NCBI RefSeq assembly: GCF_964355755.1
Contig: NC_092673.1
Span: 35,523,648-35,587,647, forward strand
Length of the DNA: 64,000 nt
Origin: Antedon mediterranea
Lineage: Eukaryota > Animalia > Echinodermata
Direction of reading: 5' to 3'
Below, piece after piece: positions 1 to 13,100 of this stretch. Position 1 is the first letter of the stretch. Every line of letters begins with the position of its first letter. Both the position numbers and the translations under genes were made by a program. The notes below the pieces were generated by a model, which had not been told where the DNA came from, did not search any database, and saw only the letters and a list, made by a program, of their open reading frames with translations.

Positions 1-1115
1 ATGTACAGTAACAACGACTGTACTTCATTTACAACCCCCCTACCCCAATTAACACAAGTATATGCTATTGACTGAAAATACACAGTAACAACCACTGTAC
101 TTCATTTACAACCCCACTGCCCCAATTAACACAAGTATATGCTATTATTTACTGAAAATGTACAGTAACAACGACTGTACTTCATTTACAACCCCCCTAC
201 CCCAATTAACACAAGTATATGCTATTTACTGAAAATGTACAGTAACAACCACTGTACTTCATTTACAACCCCCCTACCCCAATTAACACAAGTATATGCT
301 ATTGACTGAAAATGTACAGTAACAACCACTGTACTTCATTTACAACCCCCCTGCCCCAATTAACACAAGTATATGCTATTGACTGAAAATGCACAGTAAC
401 AACCACTGTACTTCATTTACAACCCCCCTGCCCCAATTAACACAAGTATATGCTATTGACTGAAAATGCACAGTAACAACCACTGTACTTCATTTACAAC
501 CCCCCTGCCTCAATTAACACAAGTATATGCTATTGACTGAAAATGTACAGTAACAACCACTGTACTTCATTTACAACCCCCCTGCCTCAATTAACACAAG
601 TATATGCTATTGACTGAAAATGCACAGTAACACCCACTGTACTTCATTTACAACCCCCCTGCCCCAATTAACACAAGTATATGCTATTGACTGAAAATGC
701 ACAATAACAACCACTGTACTTCATTTACAACCCCCCTGCCCCAATTAACACAAGTATATGCTATTGAATGAAAATGTACAGTAACAACCACTGTACTTCA
801 TTTACAACCCCCCTGCCCCAATTAACACAAGTATATGCTATTGACTGAAAATGCACAGTAACAACCACTGTACTTCATTTACAACCCCCCTGCCCCAATT
901 AACACAAGTATATGCTATTGACTGAAAATGCACAGTAACAACCACTGTACTTCATTTACAACCCCCCTGCCTCAATTAACACAAGTATATGCTATTGACT
1001 GAAAATGCACAGTAACAACCCTGTACTTCATTTACAACCCCCCTGCCCCAATTAACACAAGTATATGCTATTGGCTGAAAATGCACAGTAACAACCACTG
1101 TACTTCATTTACAAC
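1..1115. repeat. 77-bp minisatellite (about 14 copies) in the 3' flank of LRR module 1; same family as 41320-42022
   Basis: Unit gactgaaaatgcacagtaacaaccactgtacttcatttacaacccccctgccccaattaacacaagtatatgctatt recurs every 77 bp (e.g. 304, 381); no spacers. Confidence 0.95.
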
Positions 1116-1956
1116 AAATTTATATAATTTTCCATAAAGCTCTACTAGTTTGACAAAAAAAGTGTGATGTGCTCAAATATGGTAGTGATATGCCATATAT
1201 GGGCACATCACATTTTGTCACATAAAGTTTGATGGTGCAGACAGAACTTCATGGAAAATTATAAAAATAAATGAACAGCGCCATCTTCTGTTCTGGTGTG
1301 AATGTAGCTTTATTTATAAAGATAAAAATTAGAAACAATTAAATATTGTAAACATAATTCACAAGAAAAGGAAAGAACTATTTAAAAAACTAAATGGTTG
1401 TACAGTTTTCAGTGAATAAAAATTGAGAGAATAGTTGAAGAATTATGATCACGATGAAAAGCCCCTCATAGCAACATTCAAATCCTGTGAAACTAACAAT
1501 TTTAAACAAAATTTGGCGTAATATGTCTTACAATTAAATTCAAGATGACTCATCAAATTATAAAAATACTGGCATATCAAAATAGACTGTATCAAAATCT
1601 TAATTCTGACATATTACAAATGATATGCTATGTGTGCAGTATATTAGGTTGCATTAGCAATTGTCTTAAGATACTAATATACTAAATCCAAGGTAATATT
1701 GAATTTTAAACATAATATATTGTTTACAAATATTAAATAAACAATTTTATATATAATATGACATGTATTAAAATACAATATTCACCATGATTTAATTTAC
1801 ATTTATATTACCAAAGATTATGATAACAAACAAGTGCCTGTAGTACATGTATCATGCATGATATGTATGATAACAAACAAGTGCCTGTAGTACATGTATC
1901 ATGCAGTTGTAATGAATGTCAAATTAAGCTGCACTTTAATAACTACTGTATAGCAG

Positions 1957-3740
1957 TTAATAGTAAAATTTACCATTTATACTCTGGAAATGTTGCCTCA
2001 TATTCTGCACTATATCATTAGGTAATTGACACCCACGCATATGAAGCTTTTTCAGTTTAGGAGAAATAGCCAGTAATGTGGTAAGGGAAGAACCTGTGAT
2101 GTCACTGAGAGTATTCTCACTGATAACAAGCTTATCTAATTCCAACACTAGGTTTCTATTGACACATTCCCTCACCATAGCATCTATGATAACACCCGAC
2201 AGCCTGCAGTGGTACATGTTAAGTGTTTTCAGTTTAGGCGAAATAGCCAGTAATGTGCCAAGTGAAGAACCTGTGATGTCACTGAGAATATTCACAATGA
2301 CATTAAGATTCTCTAATTCCAACACTAGGTTCCTATTGACACATTCCCTCACCATGGCATCTATGATAACACCTGACAGACTGCACCAGCCTATGTTAAG
2401 TATTTTCAGTTTAGGCGAAATAGCCAGTAATGTGCCAAATGAAGAACCTGTGATGTCACTGAGAGTATTCCCATGGATATCAAGATTATCTAATTCCAAC
2501 ACTAGGTTCCTATTGACACATTCCCTCACAATAGCATTTATGACAACACCTGACAGTCTGCAATACCTTATGTTAAGTGTCTTCAGTTTAGGTGAAATAG
2601 CCAGTAATGTGCCAAATGAAGAACCTGTGATGTCACTGAGAGCATTCCCACCGATATTAAGACTATCTAATTCCAACACCAGGTTCCTATTGACACATTC
2701 CCTCACCATAGCATCTATAATAACACTTGACAGCCTGCAGCTGTACATGTTAAGTGTCTTCAGTTTAGGCGAAATAGCCAGTAATGTGCCAAGTGAAGAA
2801 CCTGTGATATCACTGAGAGTATTCTCCTGGATATCAAGATTATCTAATTCCAACACTAGGTTTCTATTGGCACATTCTCTCACCATAGCATCTATGATAA
2901 CACCTGACAGACTGCAGTAGCTTATGTCAAGTGTTTTCAGTTTAGGAGTAGTAGCCAGTAATGTGCCAAGTACAGAACCTGTGATATAACTAAGATCATT
3001 ATCATGGATATCAAGATTATCTAATTCAAACACTAGGTTCCTATTGACACATTCCCTCAACATAGCATCTATGGTAACACCTGACAGACTGCAGTCACTC
3101 ATGTTAAGTGTTTTCAGTTTAGGCGAAATAGCCAGTAATGTGCCAAGTATAGAACCTGTGATATCATTAAGATAGTTGGAATGGATATCAAGGTTCTCCA
3201 ATTCCAACACTAATCCTTTCTTTGATAGTGCACCAACAGTATAATTCATAGTTACACCTGGGAAAAAATTACTCAATTGAAGCATTTTGAGTCGTGGTGC
3301 ATTAATCAACAAATGAATTAAAAATGATGTAGAGAAATCTGCATAACTTGCATATACTTCTATATTGTATTTAAAAGTGTATTTACTACATTCGATAGAC
3401 AGACCTTTCACCACATCATCAATATATAATTGACTGATTCTAGATAACACAAACCTTTCATCTTTTACAGCAATCAAAACATGAGCTAGCATTCTACCAA
3501 TGTCTTCTGACGATTCCTTTCGAATCCATTTCCATCTATTCCTGTTTTTCCATTTTTGTATTTCCAGATTATTCATCATCTTTATGATACCCTGATCTGT
3601 TTTTAAGCTCTTACCACGTCTCATGTAAGTGCAAAATCGTCTTACAGAGTTACATATCTCATCTACAGCATGTTCATCTGTCATTGTATCTTTACTTGGT
3701 AGCTGTTGATGTGAGGTTGAGGGCTCACTGTCATCAATAC
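1957..3740 (-). CDS. Terminal exon of DED-LRR module 1: helical region plus 7 x 59-aa double leucine-rich repeats (RNase-inhibitor/NLR-like)
   Basis: 575-aa ORF with repeated [43 protein letters not shown]; phase-1 acceptor (tttacag|GTATTGAT) at 3741-3742; stop at 1957. Confidence 0.9.
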
Positions 3741-4375
3741 CTGTAAAAGGAATTAATTTTATATTAATAAGACATGGTAGAATCAGACAATGGGTGAATC
3801 AGACAATGGGTGTGCAGCAATTTGATATATATTTACTGGATTCATGTCAACTTTTACAATATTAAAAGTTTCTTTATTGCTTAAGATATACACAGCATAA
3901 ATTAATATATGACAATTTTGAAATAATGTAAAAGAAACAAAAACTGTAAAATGTGCACAACTGTTATAGGTTTAAAAAATATAAACACACACTTCTTAAA
4001 GTGTATTTTTAGATGTATAAAATTTATAATTATATTCTGCAATTAAATGTTATTTTATTAATAAAAAGCAAAATATTAATAAAAACATTTTATTTTTCAT
4101 TATTTCTAAACAATAAATAATGACAATAAATGTTGCATTTACTATTTTTTAATTATCTTTAATTAGTTCTTTTGGTGATTTCTCAGAATCTGTTTTAACA
4201 GAACATTTTTTCTCTACAAACATTTCTCTTACATAGTCTCTTAATGTTGTCTCTATCAAAGAAATCGAATATAAAATTATGTATTATATAAAAAGTATAT
4301 TTAAAAAATATAATAGTTTTTTGTTTACATGTTTTTCATTTAAAATTAAAATACATGATTTATTGTCAGTCTTAC

Positions 4376-4724
4376 TCTTTTTTGATTTTCTTGGTTTCTT
4401 TGCTTTAACTTGATCTTCTGACTCATCTAATAAAACAAGAGAAAATACTACAAATTAACTTTAATTCTTTAAATGTCCCTTTTATTCCAATTTTCTCATA
4501 GGTTTCAGTAAATGGTGTTTCCAGTGATTTTCAAGCTCAGGTTTAGATTGACTAATTGTTGGTGAATATATTGCTGCTTCTGGTAATTTTCCAATTTACA
4601 GACATTTAATTTAAAAAGACTCAGCTCCCAGAACAATTCACTTTTACACACCTTATGGTTACAGTATACTTACTCTTTCTTGATTTTCTTGGTTTCTTTG
4701 TTTTAACTGAATCTTCTGACGCAT
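4376..4724 (-). CDS. Two 51-bp phase-1 microexons of module 1 (4674-4724 and 4376-4426) encoding basic KKPRKSxK peptides
   Basis: AG/GT boundaries, in frame: (D)[16 protein letters not shown] and (D)ESEDQVKAKKPRKSKK; homologous exons in the other two copies. Confidence 0.75.
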
Positions 4725-5235
4725 CTAAAACATGAGAACATGTGAAATGATAATGATGATAAATTAGGTCATTTTTATTAAAATGTATGCATCATCCATA
4801 TCTGCTATATTTAAATTTAAAATATTGAGATTTTTAAATCATTAATTGCCAAAATATGTTTACAGAATCACAAATGAGGTTTGTTGTTTTAGTAATCTGT
4901 CAATGTAAAGTGACAGATATTGCTCTCACAGACCATAAGATATAAAAAAATAAATAGTGCTGAAATGTAATTTTTTTAAATAAATGGTATGGAGTGATTT
5001 TAGAGATACTACTTAAAATAGATAATAATAAAATAATTATTTCTCCTTTTTTTTTTTTATCTATAATAGCGAATTTGTAAAATGTGGAATACTGTAAATA
5101 TTTTGGTTTGATTAACTAGTAATGAATAAAATAAAATCATAATAACATAATAAATTATTATCCTAATTACCAACTGTCATGAAAAGATATCATTTTAAAG
5201 TCCTATTGAAGAAAACAAACATAAAATATGCATAC

Positions 5236-5763
5236 ATTTTGTTAGAACTTCTTCAGGTTCTCCAAGCTTCAAGATACTTAATCTGTTGATAAATAGTTGC
5301 ATCTTTCCTTCACTGATGATCTGTCTGTTTTCAAGATCATTAATCAGATCCCATTTATCTTCATAAGATGTTGGTGCCTCATTAACAAGATCACTGATGC
5401 ATTCCACATTTTTTGTGGTCAGCTTATTTCCAAATTCTACCAACATGCATCTGTGACGACTGAATTTTGAAACGGAAATCTCCTCGACATTTGGGAATGT
5501 TACAACTTCTTCTTGAATTTTTCTTACTAATTCAAATTCTCCTGTTGCATTGATGGTGTCATAAAACAATGTGAAATCCTGGCTTGTCAGATGATTAAAT
5601 TCAATTAAGAATTCCAGCAGGTCTATTGTGCTAGATGCCTTGTATAAAATATGAGGAAGCAGCAGGTCTTTGTACAAGGCTTTCAGCAAATTCAGTGAAT
5701 CTCTCTTATCATACCACTGGCAAAATTCTTCTTTAACATATGCAAACATATCATCTTGTATTT
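5236..5763 (-). CDS. Tandem death effector domain (DED-DED) exon of module 1
   Basis: 528-bp phase-1/1 exon inside ORF 5195-5833; DED-like patterns [25 protein letters not shown] and [16 protein letters not shown]...[21 protein letters not shown]; same length in all three copies. Confidence 0.8.
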
Positions 5764-7161
5764 CTAGATTGGAAATAAAGATCTCAATAAGAAATGTTTC
5801 ACAGTATTTCTTGTCAGAAAATACAATAGCCATTGAAGTGAGGGCACTATTTTCTATTGCGATTGAAATAACATATTTTACTACAATACAACCTTGGTCC
5901 TATGTTCAGAAGCTGTTCAAGATGGCCCCAAACCATCTCGGCCCCAGACAACTCGGCAACAAGGAAACTCAGCCTCAATTTAATTCAGTTTAAATTTATT
6001 TATGAGAGTCGCTTCATATTCAGCAATAAGGGAAAGGTTCTTAACAAAGTTTCATATAAACAAATAAAAACGGATGAGAATAAGATGAATATCTATCATC
6101 TATTCTGTATCGGTGATTACGAACGGGATGCAAATAATAATTGATCAAAATATGGTACACAGGATAATTATTGGGTATAAAAAGCTAATAATAGGATCAA
6201 ATTTAAATATATACAGGTAGAATTGCAGAAACAAAAGAGAATTGAACAAGCCATAATCTGCATACAGTAAATGCACAGGTGTAGCCTAATTTGCATAAAT
6301 GCACAGAACTAGACTAATTTTCATAAATGCAGTTGTAATACTTTGCATAAATACACAGGTTTAGCCTAATTTGTATAAATGCACAGAAGTAGACTAATTT
6401 GCATAAATGCACAGAAGTAGACTAATTTGCATAAATGCACAGGTGTAGTCTGAGGGTAGTAAGGTGTATCTATGCATCAATAACAAATGTTGCGACGTTA
6501 AAATACTGTATTTCTTTGTTAACCGCCTTTAGCAAACCAATGCAAGCATATAAACTCTGGATATGCACACAAACCCATTCACACCAGAAACAAAAATTAG
6601 TCTAAATATCATGTCATCTATGAAAGAATAATAGGATTCATGGCTTCACTGAGTTGTTGTTAGACAATGTATAGACAATGTGTCTTTATATACACCAACT
6701 ATACAAGCAAGTTATTCAATTTAAAAGGAAGATCTTTTTAAATGAAAATACTGAAACATATTTTGTAGTTCATCTAAAATTCATTGTACAAAAATTTAAT
6801 CTTGAACACATAATTCTTTAATGTGTTCAGATCAAACACTGATTCTACTTTAATTCTCACAACTACCCTAACACCCTCTGTTTTTATATTATTATCTGAC
6901 TGACTGCATGAATCGGATTACGAACTTGACAATAACAGAGGGTGTATGTTAGAGAAGGTAATGGCATGTTATTGAGGTTTTAAATAATACAGATTAAATC
7001 AATCATTTGAATAAAATGTTCAACCCTCCAACCTCCCCCCTGCAAAATTATCTAAAACCATAAATAAGTTATGAATGTAAGAGCATTCATGGAAAAGCCT
7101 AAGTCTACGTGTCCCTTCACAATTATTATTCCAACTGTTTGAAAAAGCATGACATGTTTAT

Positions 7162-7933
7162 TTAATTAATGACGATTGGCTCGCCTGCTTTTACAGTACC
7201 ATCAGGACCAGGAGCAGATGGGGGCAGCTTGGCGACTCCTGTCATCGGCATCTTTGCCATCCCCGTAATGGTAGGTTTACTCGCAATGGCGCTGAGAGGG
7301 TTGGAAGCGGGTGGCAACAGCTTCATCGGTGCTGACGGTACTAGCGGTTTACCTCCAGTTTGCGAGTGAAGCTTTCCCTGGCTGGCAAGGCTTGGCATGC
7401 CTGTCGCAGCCACGATCTTGGGCGGTGTGTGCTTGGCGGCTATTTTCATGAGCTTGTACGGACGACGTGCTGCACGTTTCTGGGTAGCATTTGACACTTG
7501 CTGTCTCAGATGTCTACAAAAACACAGTTAGTTCGTTAAACTTAGCAAACCATATATGCAAGTGGAGTAAAGCTTATGAACTGGGAACATTTTATTGGCA
7601 AAATCAAACAATGAAAAGTGTCACAAAGTTTCCTAGTTTAGACCAGTCTGGAGAAAACTAGTATACACTAGCAAACTGGCTAATGGTTTCTAGGCAGTCA
7701 GATATCTGACTGGTACAAAGCTCTGTCTACACTATCAACTTTATGTGATGTGCCCATATATTGACATGATGAAGTCACATCACTACCATATTTGGGCACA
7801 TGACACTAGTTTGATAATGTGGACAGAGCTTAATAAAGTTAAATACCCACTTGGTAGTTTCATTGGCATGAAAGAAAACATCATCCGGCGCGTCAAGCCA
7901 GCTTAGCTTCTTCTTCTTTGCTTCTGATCCCAT
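7162..7933 (-). CDS. Two terminal exons (7851-7933, 7162-7513) of an unrelated, unidentified gene fragment
   Basis: Spliced frame MGSEAKKKKLSWLDAPDDVFFHANETTK|HLRQQVSNATQKRAARRPYK...GEPIVIN*; canonical AG/GT, matching phase-2 intron, higher GC than flanks. Confidence 0.6.
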
Positions 7934-8549
7934 CTGTTTAAATAAAAAAGATAACTAATATTAGCATACAATTCATACGATACTCAGGGGTTTAATGGTG
8001 CTGGGTGTAGATACACACATTCTGCACACCCTACTACACATCTACCACCCACTTTTAACATAGCATCCATGCAAGAACATTACGGGTACTTGAAAGTGGT
8101 TGTATTTATTTCTTACCATTCAAATCCTGTGAAACTAACAATTTTAAACAAAATTTGGCGTAATATGTCTTACAATTAAATTCAAGATGACTCATCAAAT
8201 TATAAAAATACTGGCATATCAAAATAGACTGTATCAAAATCTTAATTCTGACATATTACAAATGATATGCTATGTGTGCAATATATTAGGTTGCATTAGC
8301 AATTGTCAAGATACTAATATACTAAATCCAAGGTAATATTGAATTTTAAACATAATATATTGTTTACAAATATTAAATAAACAATTTTATATATAATATG
8401 ACATGTATTAAAATACAATATTCACCATGATTTAATTTACATTTATATTACCAAAGATTATGATAACAAACAAGTGCCTGTAGTACATGTATCATGCAGT
8501 TGTAATGAATGTCAAATTAAGCTGCACTTTAATAACTACTGTATAGCAG

Positions 8550-10164
8550 TTAATAGTAAAATTTACCATTTATACTCTGGAAGTGTTGCCTCATATTCTG
8601 CACTATATCATTAGGTAATTCACACCCACGCATATGAAGCTTTTTCAGTTTAGGAGAAATAGCCAGTAATGTGGTAAGGGAAGAACCTGTGATGTCACTG
8701 AAAGTATTCCCACTGATAACAAGCTTATCTAATTCCAACACTAGGTTTCTATTGACACATTCCCTCACCATAGCATCTATGGTAACACCTGACAGACTGC
8801 ACCAGCCTATGTCAAGTGTTTTCAGTTTAGGCGAAATAGCCAGTAATGTGCCAAATGAAGAACCTGTGATGTCACTGAGAGTATTCCCATGGATATCAAG
8901 ATTATCTAATTCCAACACTAGGTTCCTATTGACACATTCCCTCACCATAGCATTTATGACAACACCTGACAGTCTGCAATAGCTTATGTTAAGTGTCTTC
9001 AGTTTAGGTGAAATAGCCAGTAATGTGCCAAATGAAGAACCTGTGATGTCACTGAGAGCATTCCCACCGATATCAAGATTATCTAATTCCAACACTAGGT
9101 TCCTATTGACACATTCCCTCACCATAGCATCTATAATAACACCTGACAGCCTGCAGTTGTACATGTTAAGTGTCTTCAGTTTAGGAGTAGTAGCCAGTAA
9201 TGTGGCAAGTGTAGAACCTGTGACATCACTGAGAGTATTCCCACGGATATCAAGATTATCTAATTCCAACACTAGGTTCCTATTGACACATTCCCTCACC
9301 ATAGCATCTATGATAACACCTGACACACTGCAGTAGCTTATGGCAAGTGTTTTCAGTTTAGGAGAAATAGCCAGTAATGTGCCAAGTACAGAACCTGTGA
9401 TGTCACCGAGTGTATTCCAACTGATATTAAGACTATCTAATTCCAACACTAGGTTCCTATTGACACATTCCCTCACCATAGCATCTATGATAACACCTGA
9501 CAGATGGCAGTAGCATATGTTAAGTGTTTTCAGTTTAGGATAAATAGCCAGTAATGTGCCAAATGAAGAACCTGTGATGTCGTTGAGATAGCTGGAATGG
9601 ATATCAAGGTTCTCTAATTCCAACACTAGTCCTTTCTTTGATAGTGCACCAACAGTATCATTCATAGTTACACCTGTTAACTACGTAATTGAAGCATTTT
9701 GAGTTGTGGTGCATTAATCAACAAATGAATTAAAAATGATGTAAACAAATGTGTATCGCTTTGAAAAGCTTCTATATTGTATTTAAAAGTGTATTTACTA
9801 CATTCAGTAGACAGACCTTTCACCACATCATCAGTACATGATGGACTGATTTTAGATAACACATACTCTTCATCTTTTACAGCAATCAAAACATGAGCTA
9901 GCATTCTACCAATGTCTTCTGATGATTTCTGTTGAATCCATTCCCACCACCTTTTTCTGCGTTTCCATATTCCTACTACATTATTACTACTTATCATCTT
10001 TATGATATCCTGATCTGTTTTTAAACTCTTAATACCACTACTTCTCATGTAAGTGAAAAATCGTCTTACAGAGTTACATATCTCATCTATAGCATCTTCA
10101 TCTGTCATTGTATCTTGACTTAGTAGCTGTTGATGTGAAGTTGAGGGCTCACTATCATCAATAC
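8550..10164 (-). pseudogene. Terminal LRR exon of gene B (6 double-LRR units) with a 1-bp deletion near 9682
   Basis: ORFs 9677-10108 and 8550-9665 are consecutive pieces of the protein intact at 42563-44181; here gttaacTacgt versus gttaacTTacgt in gene A. Confidence 0.8.
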
Positions 10165-13100
10165 CTGTAAAAGGAATTCATTTTATATTAATAAGACATG
10201 GTGGAACCAGACAATGGGTGTGTAGCAATTTATATATTTACCGGATTCATGTCAACTTTTACAATATTAAAAGTTTCTTTATTGCTTAAGATATACACAG
10301 CATAAATTAATATACGACAATTTTGAAATAATGTAAAAGATACAAAAACTGTAAAATGTGCACAACTATTATAGGTTTAAAAAATATAAACACACACTTC
10401 TTAAAGTGTATTTTTAGATGTATAGGATTTATAATTATATTCTGTAATTAAATGATATTTTATTAATAAAAACCAAAATATGAATAAAAACATTTTATTT
10501 TCCATTATTTCTAAACAATAAATAATAACAATAAATGTTACATTTACTATTTTTTAATTACCTTTAATTAGATCCATTTCTTTTGGTGATTTCTCAGAAT
10601 CTGTTTTAACAGAACATTTTTTCTCTACAAACATTTCTCTTACATAGTCTCTTAATGTTGTCTCTATTCAAAGAAATCAAATATAAACTCATTTATTATA
10701 TAAAAAGTATATTTAAAAAATATAACAATTTTTTGTTTACATGTTTTTCATTTTAAATTAAAATACATGATTTATTGTCTGTCTTACTCTTTTTTGATTT
10801 TCTTGGTTTCTTTGCTTCAACTTGATCTTCTGACTCATCTAATAAAACAAAAGAAAATACTACAAATTAATTCTTTAATTCTTTAAATGTCCCTTTTATT
10901 CCCATTTTCTCATAGGTTTCAGTAAATGGTGTTTCCAGTGTTTTTCAAGCTCAGATTTAGATTGACTAATTGTTGGTGAATATTTTTTTTTTTTTTTTAT
11001 TTATTCGGTATATAAAAATATATTACAAAACGACAGTCAAGGACTGAAATGAAATGTATTACAAATGACTAAAAATTAGTTAAAATTGCTATAAAAATAG
11101 AAACATCTTAATAAAATTAGATATCGTACCATACAATTAAAAACATACATGAATAAAAAACCTTAAAACATTCACTTATTACATATCTAAAAAAGAGCTA
11201 GTGGTGCCTATTAATTATATCCACCATGGTGGGAACTGGAGACGACCTAAGTCTGCTGGTTTTACAATGAGGTACTTCTAGAAAGCGGTTGACTCTGAGA
11301 GACCGAGCTGGCTTATGAAGAGGGGGAAGTATTTCTCTAAACAGCTCGGATTTTAATAAGCCTTCCCCGAAAGACAACACAAGTTTGTTTCTTCTCTCTA
11401 CAAGAGTAGGTAAACCAGTAACAGACAATGCATGATCATAGCACACATAGTTGTTACCTAGCATGATACGCAATGCTCTCTTTTGTACCTTTTCAATAGA
11501 CTTGGACATGTCCTTAGTGATAGCGCCATGCCAAACAGGGGCAGCATATTCTAAAATAGGTCTTATATACGCCATATAAACAGTCAACAGATCATTAATT
11601 AAGATTCCTGCTTTCTTCAAAATGCACAAGGAAAATAAACGTCTAGAAGCTCTAGACACAATATTATTAGTGTTAAGTTCCCATTTCAGGTCATTTTGAA
11701 TGATTACACCAAGAAGCGTCATGTGATCAACTACTTGTAAAATGGAACTACTCAGACTAAAAGAAGGCGATATAATATCATCCGACTTGTCCTTAAGAAA
11801 ATTGACAACCAAGATATGGCATTTGGAGGGTTTGGGTATCATATTATTGGATGAACACCAAACACTCAGATCATCTAACAGGGATTGCATGGAAGGCAAA
11901 TCACCTTTGCGAACGACCTCCCCAAGGGTGAGGTCATCCACATATTTCCATCGTCTGCAGCAATCAACACAAGCATCGTTAATAAGTACTAGGAAAAGTA
12001 CAGGGCCAAGCAATGTCCCCTGTGGGACACCACAAGTCAGTGACTTTGAAGATGACAAAATCCCAGCAAACATGGTGTTGAGAGAACGGGAAGTGAGAAA
12101 GCTGCAGACGATGGGAATTATGGACGACCTCACACCCAGTTCAATCAACTTTATAATAATAACATTATGATCAACACGATCAAAAGCTTTAGTAAAGTCA
12201 GTGGCACATAGGTTAACATAACATTTACCCTTCTCAACATCTTTGAGTGTAGAGTCAATAAGACTAACAAGATAGTGAGTTGAGGAAGCCTTTTTCCTAC
12301 TACCAAATTGACGAGAATCTAATTTACCCTTAATATCTTCAAGAATCCACTTAACAATAAAAGATTCAAATACCCTGGCAAGAACATAGGTAAGGGAAAG
12401 TAAGGGAAATAGGTATATTGCTGCTTCTGGTTATTTTCCAGTCTACAGACGTTTAATTTAAAAAGAACAATTTACTTTCACACACCTTATGGTTACAGTA
12501 TACTTACTCTTTCTTGATTTTCTTGGTTTCTTTGGTTTAACTGGATCTAAAACATATGAAATGATAATGATGATAAATTAGGACAATTTTTATAAACAAT
12601 TTATGTATCATTCATATCTGCTACATTTAAATTTAAAATATTAAGATTTTTAAATAATTAATTGTAGCACAAATATGTTTACAGAATCACAAAAATGTTG
12701 TTATTACTGAAATGTAATGTTTATTAAATAAATGGTATGGAGTGATTTTAAATACTAATAATTAATATAGATTTAATTTATTATTTCTCCTATTTTTTTT
12801 AAATCTATAATAGAGAATTTGTAAAATGTGGAATACTGTAGATATTTTGGTTTGATTAACTAGTAATGAATAAAATATTGATTGCAAAATAATACAATAA
12901 ATTATTATCCTAATTACCAACTGTCATGAAAAGATATCATTTTAAAGTCCTATTGAAGAAAACAAACATAAAATATGCATACATTTTGTTAGAACTTCTT
13001 CAGGTTCTCCAAGCTTCAAGATACCTAATTTCTCGATAAATAGTTGCATCTTTCCTTCACTGATGATCTGTCTGTTTTCAAGATCATTAATCAGATCCCA

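Noticed and set aside
2078-2920. Plus-strand ORFs opposite the LRR exons (also 8671-9336, 42687-43709)
   Set aside because: Antisense shadows of a repetitive coding frame; no independent splice or domain evidence
11198-12148. RT next to variable repeats as a diversity-generating retroelement or retron
   Set aside because: Ordinary truncated LINE with poly-A tail, absent from the paralogs; no template/variable repeat pair identified
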